Shown here in pieces: positions 12,421 to 24,610 of a stretch of DNA of 64,000 bases; positions within the stretch are counted from its first letter, which is position 1; every line of letters begins with the position of its first letter. Source of the stretch: Lama glama (Eukaryota); contig CM052818.1 in NCBI GenBank assembly GCA_028534125.1, forward strand, positions 36,954,001 through 37,018,000, written 5' to 3'. A program made the position numbers and the translations under genes. The notes under the pieces were generated by a model, which was given only the letters and a program-made list of their open reading frames with translations, did not search any database and was not told the origin of the DNA.

Positions 12421-13362
12421 AGATTTGTAACTAGTAGAGCAAAGAATGTAAACATTTTATGATTCTTGATACACCATACAAAACATTTTAGGTAATGCTA
12501 TTCTTAATTCCCTTTTCTAACCTGGACACTCCATTTCAGATCTGATGTGACCAGCAGATATAAAACAAAGCTATGATTTCACTCTCTTGGATACAATATA
12601 CAAATTAATGTAGTAGAAACACAGGGGTATTTTTTATCTTTTTGCATTTGTTTTGATTTTAAGCTAGAGAGTAATGGCTACCTTTCAGAAACAGAGCTGA
12701 GATCATGTGTAAGACACAATCCCATTGTCCCAGAATTTGTGACGGTGGTGCAGTGGGGGCGGTCTGGGTGAGGTATGGTTTGGGCTGTATCATTCAGACC
12801 GTTAGAAGGAGCCCCACTGTCCCTTCCAGGTCAGGACCCTGTGGGGACAGAGGGTATCTCATTTTCCACCCTCTTTCGTGCTGGCTTGAGTAATGCAAGA
12901 CTCCAGCATTTATGACCAAAGACCCAGGCTGCCATCGGAACGTCTTGGCCGCACCTGTCTCATGGTTCACACCACCCCAGCTCCATGAAATCAGGTAGAA
13001 GAGTGTGCAGAAATCTCACTTAGACTCACTGCGGGCGGGGGCCGTGATCTTTGCTTCTCCTCCTCGGATCTTTCCCTTAAGGATCCCTTCACATGAAGTT
13101 TCACTCCCCCACCCAGGACAACATAATGTTTTTAAAAGAATTAGTACGTGATGAATTTCTGGATCCATCACAGTTTTAAGACCATAAGCTGAAAGGTAGG
13201 ACTTGATATTTTATTTGGACTGTGCTTTGCTTTAACCTTGTTCTCGGCACCATATCTTTAATATAGATCTATATGTCACGTACATTGCTGTTACATTGTT
13301 TTTGTATAACCATATTTGACACCCCACTTGACAATGTCAACGTTCACAGTGGTTCCTCAATG

Positions 13363-13500
13363 CATTTGACAGTATCAGCCCTTAAAATGTTTTCACAATA
13401 CTTACATGTAAGCACATTTGACAGGATCAGCAGCTGAAATGTTCCACAAAACTGTGTATTCACAGTTTTGAATACCAGCAGCTACTGTGTTTACAATAGC
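13363..13500. repeat. Degenerate ~50-52 bp tandem repeat (about 3 units)
   Basis: 'catttgacagtatcagcccttaaaatgttttcacaatac' (13363) vs 'catttgacaggatcagcagctgaaatgttccacaaaac' (13415); weaker third unit near 13465. Confidence 0.6.
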
Positions 13501-13679
13501 TCTGCAGAGTGACTGTTCATTCAGCACAGTTTGGGGTTTTGTTTTGTTTTGTTTTGCTTTTTGAGAATTTATGAACCACCAGGCTCTATGATAGGCTCTT
13601 TTGACATTGGGTAGAAAGATGATTAAGATTTAACTGACCCTTCCATGAAAACTTTTAGTTCACCAAAAATCAAATACCT

Positions 13680-13900
13680 AGTAACCAGCATTTACTGAGC
13701 ACTTACTAGGTGTCATGCATGGATCCAGTGATTTTCATACAGCAATTCACTTAATCCTCCCAACCACCTTATTCATATGAGGTCACGCACAGCCATCCCA
13801 TTTTACAGATGAGGAAACCGAGGTACTGAATGGATAAGCAGTTAGCGTGAGAGCCCTCAGCTAGAAAGAGGCAGAACTGGGATTGGAATCCAAGCCATTT
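13680..13900 (-). mobile_element. MIR, near full length
   Basis: 'catttactgagcacttacta...cacttaatcctcccaaccacc...cccattttacagatgaggaaaccgagg...gcagaactgggattggaatcc'. Confidence 0.9.
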
Positions 13901-13959
13901 TCCCCTAGTGCTCTCCTGCTCTCTCTCTTCACTGTGTTCTGTGTGTTACATCATGATTA

Positions 13960-14945
13960 TTGCAAGACTGTGTGAGCAAATAGTGTGGACAAAGTGTTTG
14001 GTGTGCAAGGCAAAAGGGCCATTCATTGCCTGGTGATGTTGAAAGAAGGCTTCAGGAGAGGAAAATATTTGAAGGGACTTCAAGGTTTTACTTGGAGTTG
14101 GGTCAAACAGAGAAGCCGGGAGAATGCAAGTGTATGTGTAAATTCTAGGAGGCACTTAACAAGCATGGTTTGAGAACCAGGTCAAGTTTAACGGGGAGCT
14201 GGAAAGTGTATGTGATAGAGGCAAGATTGGGAAGCACTTGAATGTGTTGGGGAGGAAAAAATTTCCTCTACCCTCTTAGGTTCAGTTCCTGGGGAAGCAT
14301 GTATTAAATGAACAAAAGATAGAATAGTAGAAAAAATGGCATATAATTTTTTTAAGTATTTGTATGCATGGGAGTTCACAGAAATGAAGCTAAACTCAAA
14401 GAAGTGGTTATGTGTTGGGTGCTTATATATCATTTTAACAGCAGAAAGAGGCTTTGGGCTTCAAGGAACAATACATTATGGAGAAGTAACTAGGACGTAC
14501 AGGGTTGACTCGTGGAAGATAAGGGTTATTACAGTAAGGTCTGTTTATGCAAACTCATCTCAGTGTTGACTCTCCGTCTCCAGTGATAAGACTTCCCTTG
14601 CCTTCCTGGTACCAGGGCTAAAGACCTTCACAAAGGGAAATGCATGCCCTGTTTTTAGGCAGATAAGGGGAGGGCAGAGAACTCTTCCTGCATCTGTTGA
14701 TTCTCAATTGCCTTACACTCAAAATAATCCTGATGCCAAAGTGGCATATTCTGGGGTAGCGTATTCTGATCACCTTCAAAAGCCATGCTAGAGAATTTGG
14801 TCTTTATTTTATATGATGAGAGGTTTAAAGCCTCAAGTGTGACACAGTCAGATCTGTGTGCTTGGAAACGCCTTCTGGCTGCAGTGTGGAGAGAGGTTTA
14901 GAAGAGGAGACGCTGGAAGCAGGGAGGCCTGTTCCAGTCTGGGTT
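13960..14945 (-). mobile_element. L2 fragment split by a MER34-like LTR
   Basis: Rejoined flanks read 'cttgaatg|ccatgctagagaatttggtctttat', matching L2; continues 'ctggctgcagtgtggagagagg'. Confidence 0.7.
14245..14778 (-). mobile_element. ERV1 solo LTR, MER34-like
   Basis: End 'ttctcaattgccttacactcaaaataatcctgatgccaaagtggcatattctggggtagcgtattctgatcaccttca' is the reverse complement of the MER34-type LTR start; flanks AATG/AAAG match 3/4. Confidence 0.85.
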
Positions 14946-16085
14946 CTACCCCCTGGAGAAGAGAGAGAGAGAAAGAGACAGAAACCTGCAGTGGGTTTCC
15001 CTCCCTTCTTTATGTCTCCCTGAAGGAAAGCTGGGATTTCAATTTGTATCCTCCTGTGCGGCTGCAGTTTGGAGGCCGCCGCGTCTATGCAGGGCTTATC
15101 GCTGTGGCTTTCCATGACGCAGAACCCCAGAGAGCGTCTCTAGTTCTACAAAGCCCACCTGGGGAGCGAGCGTGCATTGATCACCCCAAACCTCTTGAAG
15201 GATCTCAGCAGAGGCTGCATGGAGAAGCTGCTTCTGCCTCGTACACTGTTGCCTGGTCCTCGGCAGCATCTGTCTTATCAGCGCTGCTTCCACCATCCTT
15301 CATCCCTTTCTTTGCAAACACTTAACTTCAGAGATCAGCTGCTCCTGGGTGACACACAATGGGGGCTTCATATTTCTAGTTCATTTTACAGCCTTGGAGA
15401 GCAGCCACAGACACATGCACAGGGGCAGGAGGAAGGAGGGGGGCCCTGCTCCCCTCTCAGCACAGGCAGGCAGAGAACATTCCCCTACTCAGGCCTGTGC
15501 AGCCCCGGGAGTTTTGTTGGCTCTCCTCTCCCCCTCCCCAGGTTCCTGGGAGACTAACAACCCTGTTCAGATCTCCTTGGGCCAGCGGCTTCTCTCCCTG
15601 AGAGCATTTCTCTCCAGAGCTGGTATCATAGCTTAATGATGTTCCTCCAATAAGGGGAAGGTAATTGATTGTTAAGTGAAAATATAAATTGTAATTGAAT
15701 CCGTCACATTTCAGTTTTTCATTATCGTGTGACAAGTCTGTTAGAGCATTTGCAAGGACTGCAGGGATGGGGGAGGGGTGGAGAGAGAGGAAGACAATCG
15801 TCCTGTGTTCCTATTTCCAGCGTGGTGGGTGTGCCTCACTGGGGCTCCTGCACATGCCAGAGTGCGCCTGGGTGTGCACACACTTACCTCTGCAGGGGAT
15901 CAAATGAAGCAGCGTTAAAAAAATGAGGGGAAATGCCTCCAAGCCCTCGACTGGAATATGTGGGTCTAGTTCAAGCTTCAGATTTGTATTTGTAGCTTCC
16001 TATTGGGCATTCAGATTCTTTAATAAGCTCACACTGTCATGGGCATCATGCCAGGTGAGTTCACTGTTTTGATCTCATTTACTAA

Positions 16086-16740
16086 TTTTTTTCTTTTTTT
16101 TTAATTGAAGTATAGTCAATTTACAATGTTGTGTCCATATAATAGTTCAGTCAAACATATACATACATATATTCATTTTCATATTCTTTTTCATTATAGG
16201 TTACTAAGATATTGAGTATAGTTTCCTGTGCTATACAGTATAAACCTGTTGCTTATTTATTTTATATATAGTAGTTAGTATCTGCAAATCTCAAACTCCC
16301 AATTTCTCCCTTCCCACCCTCTTCCTCGCTCCCTATAACTGTAAGTTTGTTTTCTATGTCTGTGAGTCTGTTTCTGTTTTGTAAATAAGTTCATTTGTCT
16401 TTTTTTTTTTAGATTCCACATAAAAGTGATATCATATGGTATTTTTCTTTCTCTTTCTGGTTTACTTCACTTAAAATGACAGTCTCCATGTCCATCCATG
16501 TTGCTGCAAATGGCATTATTTTATCCATTTTCATGGCTGAGTAGTATTCCATTGTATAACTATAGCACGACTTCTTTACCCAGTCATCTGTCGATAGACA
16601 TTTACGTTGTTTCCATGTCTCCACTATTGTAAGGAGTGCTGCTATGAACACTGAGGTGCATGTATCTTTTCAAATTAAAGTTCCCTCTGGATACATGCCC
16701 AGGAGTGGGATTGCTGGATCATATGGTAAGTCTATTTTTA
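16086..16740 (-). mobile_element. 5'-truncated lineage-specific L1 (ORF2 C-terminus plus 3' UTR)
   Basis: ORF 16409-16651(-) MFIAALLTIVETWKQRKCLSTDDW...MPFAATWMDMETVILSEVNQKEKEKYHMISLLCGI is the L1 ORF2 C-terminus; T-rich tail at left. Confidence 0.95.
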
Positions 16741-16747
16741 TGAAGGA

Positions 16748-16990
16748 TGCAGTATAGCACAGTGGTTAGGAAGTGGGCTTGAGAACCAGGCTGCTTGGAT
16801 TAGTCAAGTTGTTTTGCCATTTACTGTGTAGTCTTGGGTGAGTTAGTAACCTACCTGTTCCTCTGTTTTCTCATCTGTAAAGTAAGGATCATGATAAATA
16901 CTTACTGCTTAGGGCTGTTGTGAGGATTAGACAGGGTTAATTTAGGTAAAGCACTTAGAAAAATACACATTAAAAAATTAATACTTATTA
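16748..16990 (+). mobile_element. MIR, near full length
   Basis: 'gcagtatagcacagtggttagg...ttttctcatctgtaaagtaagg...gggctgttgtgaggattag...taaagcacttagaa'. Confidence 0.9.
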
Positions 16991-17026
16991 AAAATTATTA
17001 GTATTATTCTCTTTCTGAAACAGTTC

Positions 17027-17695
17027 TGTGTTATTATGAGCTTGGGTATCTAGAAAACAGAGCTCGAGGCCAAGCTCCGGTGCTAGTGGTTTATTGGGAA
17101 GCTGGGAGGGTTAATCCCCAGGTAGCAAGTGAGGAGTAAAGAGAAGGGAGGCAGGGAAGGAAGGGGAGAATGCTGGGGGGCTTTTGTCGGGGCTCCAGTT
17201 TGCCCCAGCTTTGCAAGAACACACAAGATTTCTCTAGGGGGCCATATGGAATGACTGCACCTGAGAATAGTATGGGGCAGGGGGTGTGGGGAGTGCAGGG
17301 GAGGGGGAGAAGGAAGGCTAAAAAATTTATTGATTGATTCTTCCTAGCTCCTGTCTCTGATGGGTCAAAGTTCACTCCATGGGGCATTGTATTCCTGGAA
17401 TTTCCCGACTATGTTATGCAGCCTTTCCTGGCAGCTGTAGGGAAGTCAGAGCCTGGGTGCCTTTCCTTAGGCCAGACCTGGGCGCTGGAGCGCCGGAGGC
17501 CCCCGCCCTGCGCGATGAGTAGGAAGCTTTACCAGCCCACCCCTGAGCCACCACCTGTGTTTAGCAGGGGAGTTGCGGGGTGGGGGAGTAGCAGTGGGGA
17601 GTAGGGTGGGATTGGAGTGGTGGTGGGGGGATGGTGACCAGGGTTCTCCACTGACCGCAGAGCTGAGACCTGGGGGATATGTGGGTCCCAATACG
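17027..17695 (-). mobile_element. ERVL solo LTR (LTR33/LTR16-like)
   Basis: 'gaaaacagagctcgaggccaag...gtggtttattgggaag...atccccaggtagcaagtgagg' at one end and 'gtcccaatac' at the other. Confidence 0.65.
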
Positions 17696-17959
17696 GTTTC
17701 CTTGTGTCACCAAAATCCATCATACCCTCTTACGACCTTGTGTTGTTTTCTTGTTTTAAAAATCTCACCTGAGGGAACAATGCCCTGACTTTTTCCGTGA
17801 AGGAGAGGATGCTCTCCCACTCCTTCAGGGAATGTAAGCTACCTAAAGGCAATAATAGATACACTTGCTCTCAGCTGGTGGTGAAGTATCTGCTACAGAC
17901 AGATGCTCAATGAATGTGTTGAATAACATCCCTCCATATTTTCGTTCATTCATGTTTTG

Positions 17960-19490
17960 TTGATATTTAATTTATATAAAATAAAAAGCATAGATCCTAA
18001 GGGTTCAATTTGACTGGTTTCGACAATTGTATACACTTAGGTAATTGCCTCTGAAAACAACATGTAAAACATGTCCCTCATTCTAGAAACTTCCCTCATT
18101 CAGAGTAATTCCTCTGGTCCTGTTTTCGGGTTCGTGAATCCTCTTCTCTACTTTGTCCAGTTTGTTTTTAACTCTGTCGAAGGAATTCTTCACTTCTGAT
18201 ATTGTTTTTCTTATTTATAGCATTTCTGTTCTGTTCTTTTTTGCACTTTCCATCTCTCTGATCAATCCCTCATCTTCTCACATATACTGTTCATGATTTC
18301 TTTTAGATCCTTTAACATATTTATCATAGACTTTTTTTTTCTTCAGATTCCCTGCCTGATAAATCCAATATTTGGACTTTTTCTCAGTCTGATTCCATTG
18401 CTCTTTTTTTTTCTTTTAATCATGGATCATATTTCTTGCTTCTTTGTGTTTCCTATTTTTTTAAAACTATGTGCAGAGATCATATGTATAAAAAAGGACT
18501 GAAGAGGTAGAAGCAAATAAACTTTACGTCTAGGAGAGAAAAAATCCCATCTTTTGTCAGGCTGGTAGTTTGGAAGGATGAGTTAATCTGATGTGTTGGG
18601 CTGGGCCTGAGCTTTATTGTGGCTCTGGTTAGATCAGTTCACGTCTAGCCTTGAAAGATTGGAGGATATGATCAAGACTCTCCCTTCAGCAGGGCCTGGG
18701 ATCTGAACACAGGTGAGATTAAAGAGATCCTTAAGTTTTACAGCTTCTTGAACAATGGAAGACTCTGTCGTAATAGACTACCCACCGACTTCTTGGGTCA
18801 CGGGAGACTTCTCTGTTTTCTTTAGTCCTGGTGCTGGTTTTCCATTCCTTGGGAAGTTTCTTTGCATCCCGTTCCCCTGCTCCCAGCCTTCAGCTGCTCC
18901 AGTGCACTAAGCAAAGACCTTCAGGGGCTGTGCCTGGGTACCTGATAGAAGTCCGTGGTGCCTCAGGAAGATTTTCTCAGCCCTCTTGCTCTGCCTCCAC
19001 CTTGCAGGGGCTGCTGTTTTGAGATTCCAGAAGGTCTCATATGCTGTGGGAGGGGGGATCTCTCTCAGGTCTCTGCCCTGTCCCCAGCCTTTAGTATACG
19101 ACTCCCATATGCTTGTTGAAGGCCTATGGGAAAGGTAGGGGGGCATGGGTGGTGGGTAGTTCTGTAGATGGGATACCAGGGGCTTCCTATCTCACCAGCT
19201 CACACAAGCTTGTGGGAGATTCGTGAAATGTTGGGCTGGTTTCTTTGTCCCTTTGTCTCTGTTGAATTCCTCCTTTTCCACCATTTTACTAAGGATGCTG
19301 GTAACTCTGAGTCTCTACTCTCCAAGGAAAGGCTCATAGCTTTCTGGAATTTAATTCATTTAGACTTACTGATATCCTCAACTCTCTGATGAGTTTAAAA
19401 ACTATAATTTTACAGCTTACCTAGCTTCTTCTAATGGTAACATGGAAGTGACACTCCCTTGTGACTTTCTGCATTCTAAACCAAACAACC
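17960..19490 (-). mobile_element. Old L1M fragments (3' UTR piece then 5'/ORF1 region)
   Basis: T-rich antisense L1 text such as 'aataaaaagcatagatcctaagggttcaattt' and 'gaattcttcacttctgatattgtttttcttatttatagcatttc'. Confidence 0.7.
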
Positions 19491-20859
19491 ACGTGTTGTT
19501 ATAGCTCTGCTCTCTGGAAGTCTTCACTGGGGGCAACCACAAGTTTCATATCTGGACAGCGAGAGATTATTAAACTCCAACCAATGGCTGCTTTGTTCTT
19601 CTGACATCCAAAGAGCCATGCATTTAGATGCAGACATCAACACTCTTAAATAAAGCTTTTCACTTTTCCAGGTCATTGCCCCTAACATTTGGAAAGCAAT
19701 ATCGGGAAGCAATATTAATCTGAATAGGCTGATTTTGGTTAGGGGGGTTTAATAAAGTAAATATTTTCTCTCTGACTTTGAGCAGTGGTTCAAACCTTCT
19801 GCAGCACGTTAGAGATCAGAGCCTTCCCCCGCCCTCTGCTAGATCTAGGCCTGCTGTCTGGGGGCGGAGGAGGAGTTTCACAGAGTAGAGAAGCTATCTA
19901 GTTTCTCTTTGACTTTCATTTTTTTCCTGTAATCAGGGATGACTGCTCCGAATGACCCCTCGTATTCACCACCCACTTGACATAAGAACACCTTCTACTC
20001 TGTCTGAGGTCTAATTTCTTCTGGAAGCTCGATCTGCTTCTGCTTTGGGTTTAGGGCTCTACCCCTCCTCCTGGTACCTTGACATCCCACCATATCCTTT
20101 GGGATGGAATGCGGAGAAATCACTAGACTCTGACAAGGTATCTTGGAGGGCAAAAGGGCTCAGTAAATTAGGAGGAGGTGGTACACGTGCACTTTGTCAA
20201 AAATCGCGGCTACTGCAATGAGTACTGCAGTCGTTGTAAATCCCTGGGCTCCATTAGGTGGAAACGCTGTAGGCATGGTTACGATGCTGGAGCTAATGAG
20301 CCATTTTTCATAGCATAGTATTAATAAGTTTAATTAATGAAGAAGGCTCTTCACCCTCACAGGTGACCACGCACCCTGGTGCACTCAGGAGCGTGTGCGT
20401 CTAGGGGCAGGTGGGCTGGAGAGCCTGCCTCTTCCCGCTTTCCTTTTCCATGGCTCGTGGTGTCAAGTTCACTCTCTGTGTCACAGGTTTGGCCTGTGAT
20501 GATGAAGCGGGGAAAGCTAACTCCAAGGTGGATTTCTAGTGCTGGTTAGAAGCACTTTCGTCAGATATCTATAAACAGATCTATAAAAGCTTAAAGTGGC
20601 TCTTTTCCCATAATTTTATCATAAAATTGTAAAAAATAGCTGTTCTGGAACTGTTAGTACAATAAAGTAAGATATTGGTGATATAGAGTGTGGCCTCTGA
20701 CTCCTAGGTCAATGTTGCCACTAGATATGGTGATTGTCAGTGTTATTACAAGCAGCTTCGTAGATTTTAACCTACGTCCATTGACTTGAGGAAACCAATG
20801 AGCAAGTTTCTATTTTCGTAGGTATGGTCTGCAGAGTCATACGTGATGTTGCCACTGGG

Positions 20860-21290
20860 TGTCTAATACACAATTCAGATTTGACAACTTCAGTTACAGA
20901 ACTCCTGATTTTTCTGTAAACCTCATGCCTCAATCCTTCTCATCCACTGGCTTTAAAGCCACAAATCTAAGCACCACCTTTGATGTTCTCTTTCAATTTA
21001 TTCTCTACATCCAGACCAGCTGCAAATCCCATTGCCTTTACCTACCACAGATATCCCAGATCGGTCCAGACTGTGAATGCATATGTGTCCATGCATGTGC
21101 ACATGTGCACGCACATATATGTGTATGTTTTTATGTATACATACGTATGTATATATGTGTGTGTGAATATATATTTTGTACCTCTCTTCCTACCTTCCCA
21201 CCTAGCATGGGAGCCGTGTGAGAGCAAGTATCTTGACTATCACCTTGGAATCCTTAGTACTTAGGACACTCTGAATACCTGAATGAACCC
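20860..21290 (+). mobile_element. L2 fragment interrupted by an alternating purine-pyrimidine low-complexity tract (~21078-21173)
   Basis: 'ccacaaatctaagcaccacctttgat...ctacatccagaccagctgcaaatcccattgcctttacct' and 'gaatacctgaatgaa'. Confidence 0.65.
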
Positions 21291-21471
21291 TGAAAGAAAA
21301 CATCTGAAATTGCAGTTGGGAATTAAAATATCTTCTACACGGAGGGCACCAAGGTCCAGGGAGACAGAAATGTTTGCCTAATTTCACTGGAGAAATAAGG
21401 TCTTGGTCCAGATGGATACTGTGGAGACACCTGTTAATGATATAAATGACGGATTCGATGTTCTTTGCAAT

Positions 21472-21778
21472 AAGGTTGCCCACTGATGGCCCGAGGTCCA
21501 GATCTGGCCTGCATAATAGTTTAAAACATTTGGATTACTGGACAACATAAAACAGAATCGATTTTCTGTGTCTCTTGGAAGTCTGCATTGTCTGGCCACA
21601 TAGGACTTGTCTTCCTGTCCAGCAACACACTGATGACACTAGAACTGAGAAGTGGCTGTCCTGGAGCCAGGATGCAGGCAGGCTCTCTAGTTTGCCACAG
21701 AAGGCTCTTTCTCAGCCCATTTCCCTCATTTACATTACCTGCCTGGCCTCCGGAGGCCACTGAGTTTGCGATCTTGTC
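21472..21778 (+). mobile_element. MER102/Charlie8-like hAT element
   Basis: 'ctctctagtttgccacag...ctcatttacattacctgcctggcc...tgagtttgcga' matches the MER102 3' end. Confidence 0.75.
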
Positions 21779-23699
21779 CAGTCTGCATTTCTACAGACCA
21801 TCCTCATGAGCAGGCATGTGGCGAGGACCCTTCCATGGCCCCCTCCCGTTATCACCAGCCTGGATCAGCCTCCAGTCCTAGATGGACACATGGAGACTTG
21901 AGGGCCAGGGCCTGGTCCCCGTTTGGACCTGGTCAAGTCAGACACAACTCAGCATCTTCCTTGATCTCTGGCTATTTCCCAGACGTTTTCATAAAAGCAT
22001 GGTGAAGAGAGGATGAACGCTTGAATCCACCACAGCCTCCACTCCTGAGGAAATGACCCAACATTCAGGTCCTGCTGATTTGGCCCATTGGGTCATCTGC
22101 CTAAAGACCTTCTATTGACTGGAAGAAGTCATGACCCTTGCCCTTCCTTGTCATCCACGACCAGAACATGTTCTTCTCCACTTCACCTTGACCTACGCAG
22201 TCAGAAGTTTCTCTGAAGTCCAGTCCTTCATCTTCCTCACACCTGTGGTTAAGGAAGCCGGTACCCTTCTAAGAAAAGAAAAAGCCTGCCTGGGTGAGAA
22301 CCCGGGTGTCACTCATCCCGTGTTCTTGTTCTCTCGTACATGTGGCCAATTTCCTGGAGATTTTTATATTTCTCAAGGGCGGCAGGAGGTCAGACTTCTG
22401 TGAGAAATGACTCCCTTAGATGAAGTTGTGAATCCAAATTTCTCTTAATATTTACGCAACCATCCAGCATCACCGTGGTGTCCAGGAAATTTCCCCTGGG
22501 TTAGAAATGCCTATTCATTTTGTTATGTTGGTGGGTTGTTTTTAAGCCACAGAAGGAGTACAAATAGACCACACCAAACTAGCACACGCGGCATAAAACT
22601 TGGGCTCAGACGGCAACCTCTGAATTCCACACGGTAGTTACAAGCCAGCTGTGTTCTCGTTTATCCAGCTGCTGTTTTAGGACATTCCAGTGATCAATAG
22701 GTTTAACTCCTGTCGGGGAGGCTCCAGTAATGAACAGAGGGTGTTGGCTGCAGAAGGTGCCACGTTCTGTGGTTACGAGCAATTTGCTAGTTTTCTCAGA
22801 CGAAGAGCTTAAGAAGGTTTCGTGAAATGTCTGCCTTCAGAATCATTAACCATTGATTAAACTCTCCATTTTACCTTAGGCAAATTTTGTTGAAAACAAC
22901 TAACAGGGTGAGCAGGAGTGCTGACCACTGGGCGATCCCAGGAGGGTCGGGCCTGAGCCCACATGTGAGGTGCTCCGTTTCAGGCTCTTCGGAGAGCAGA
23001 GCTGGCCGGGTACCTTTTGCCTGTCCTGGGCGTCCAGTTTCTGTGACAGCTGTGTGTTTCACTGCTGAGGTTCAACCTTTATGCTGGTTTCTATTAGTGA
23101 ATTTATAAATATAGCCTGAAGAACGCTACCTGTCCCTTAGCTCTTGAACCATCATTACGATCCAGAATGGTATATCCTTTGTAGGAGTCACCTTGGTTCA
23201 GCCGAGGAAAAAAAATAAAAAATTACTGATGTGCTTTCAAAAGGTAGAAAGAAAAGTAGAGAGAGAGAGAGTTAGAAGTTTTTTTTTTTTAATATAGCTG
23301 AATAGGATTTTAAGAAAGCAGAATTATAATGTGGAGTGAAAAGAAAGCGAGAGGTTGGGTCAGAAAGTGGGTTATCAGTACAAAGCAGAAAGGGAAAATA
23401 AATGCTAATAGACTGCACATGTGCCCTTCCTGCTAGATTAGAGACCAGGAGGGCGCCTGCTGAAAGCTGCCCATTGTGTGGCTGAACGGAACACAGGGTC
23501 TGGGCTATTATCCCCTCCACGCCCCCTTGTGCCGCAGATGGTGGTTCTTCTTTCTCTTATCGGGGCCATGCATTCCATCCCTGTAGCCTGATCTCTTCTT
23601 CACTCTTCTGCTCTTACAGAATGGATTGATCTGCTGAAAGAGAGGGCCTGGGAGAGGGGCTGGCTTGGGAGGAGAGGGGAGCATGTGAAGGCAGTCAGC

Positions 23700-24040
23700 C
23701 TGAGAGGCCGGCTGCATGGGCGGGTGGGCGGTGAGAGGGGCCGGCTGCCGGGGTATGGCAGGCACCAGGGTCAGCTCCCTGGCTTTCCCTCAGCCCTGGA
23801 CCCAGCCACCTGGAAAACGGCGCCAAAGCTCTCAGCTGTTGAACAAGCAGCCTGACTCCCTCCCCCGGGGACACCGAGCCTTCACTGCTCCGTCCCCAGG
23901 AGACCCCGAGCGCGGCCTTCTTGCTGGCTGACTGCAGCTGAAATTCAGCAGAGGTGAGCAGGGGCGGAGGACACAGGGCTGGCGGGAATGATCCCTCCCG
24001 AGAGAGCCCGCCTGGAAGGATGAAGGGGTCAGCCTCGGGG
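23700..24040. promoter_or_regulatory. CpG/GC-rich patch with GC boxes
   Basis: About 18 CpG in ~340 bp counted by eye; tandem GGGCGG motifs in 'gggcgggtgggcggt'. Confidence 0.35.
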
Positions 24041-24104
24041 CTGAATCCAGAGCCCAGGGTGGGCCTGGCCACAGCCTCTCCTCCTGATCCCCATGAAGCC
24101 CTGT

Positions 24105-24310
24105 GACTGTGTTCACATCTAGTTCTCCTACTTAGCAGGTGGGGGACCTGGGGAAATCTACTTAGCTTCTCTGGGCTATAGTCTTCTCGCCTACAAAGTG
24201 GTACCAAGTTGACAGCATTACTGTGAAGATGAAATAAACTAATTCATGGAGAGGGCTTGGAATGCTGAGGGGCTTAGAACAGCACCTTAGAAAGTTGGCC
24301 ATCATCATCC
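24105..24310 (+). mobile_element. MIR
   Basis: 'ctacttagcaggtgggggacctggggaaatctacttagcttctctggg...gtgaagatgaaata'. Confidence 0.7.
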
Positions 24311-24439
24311 TCGTTACTATTACACATCTTTATCATCATTGCCGTTCTCTCTCCTAACATTACATGTTAGTAGTAGTATAACATACATGTGTTCTAATAT
24401 ATTTCATAATGGATGTGTATATACATTTATATATGGCAT

Positions 24440-24610
24440 CACTTGTGTGGTTTTGGGTGAGCTACTCAGTCTCTCTGAGCCTCATTTTCTTTTCTGTGAT
24501 GCGGGGTTCACAGGCGGGATTATTGGGAGGGTAATGAGATAATGAATACAAATTACCCAGGACAGAGGCTGGCACATTGGAGAAGCCCAGCAAATGGGCT
24601 CTGGTGCTAT
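24440..24610 (+). mobile_element. MIR
   Basis: 'tgtgtggttttgggtgagctactcagtctctctgagcctcattttcttttctgt...ctggcacat'. Confidence 0.8.

Noticed and set aside
13314..13500. Periodic repeat as a CRISPR-like array
   Set aside because: Eukaryotic context, degenerate whole-unit repeats with no constant repeat plus unique spacer structure, and no cas genes
20486..20526. Possible small exon after 'ctctctgtgtcacag'
   Set aside because: The acceptor is plausible but the donor (AAG/GTGGAT) is weak and no peptide is recognisable
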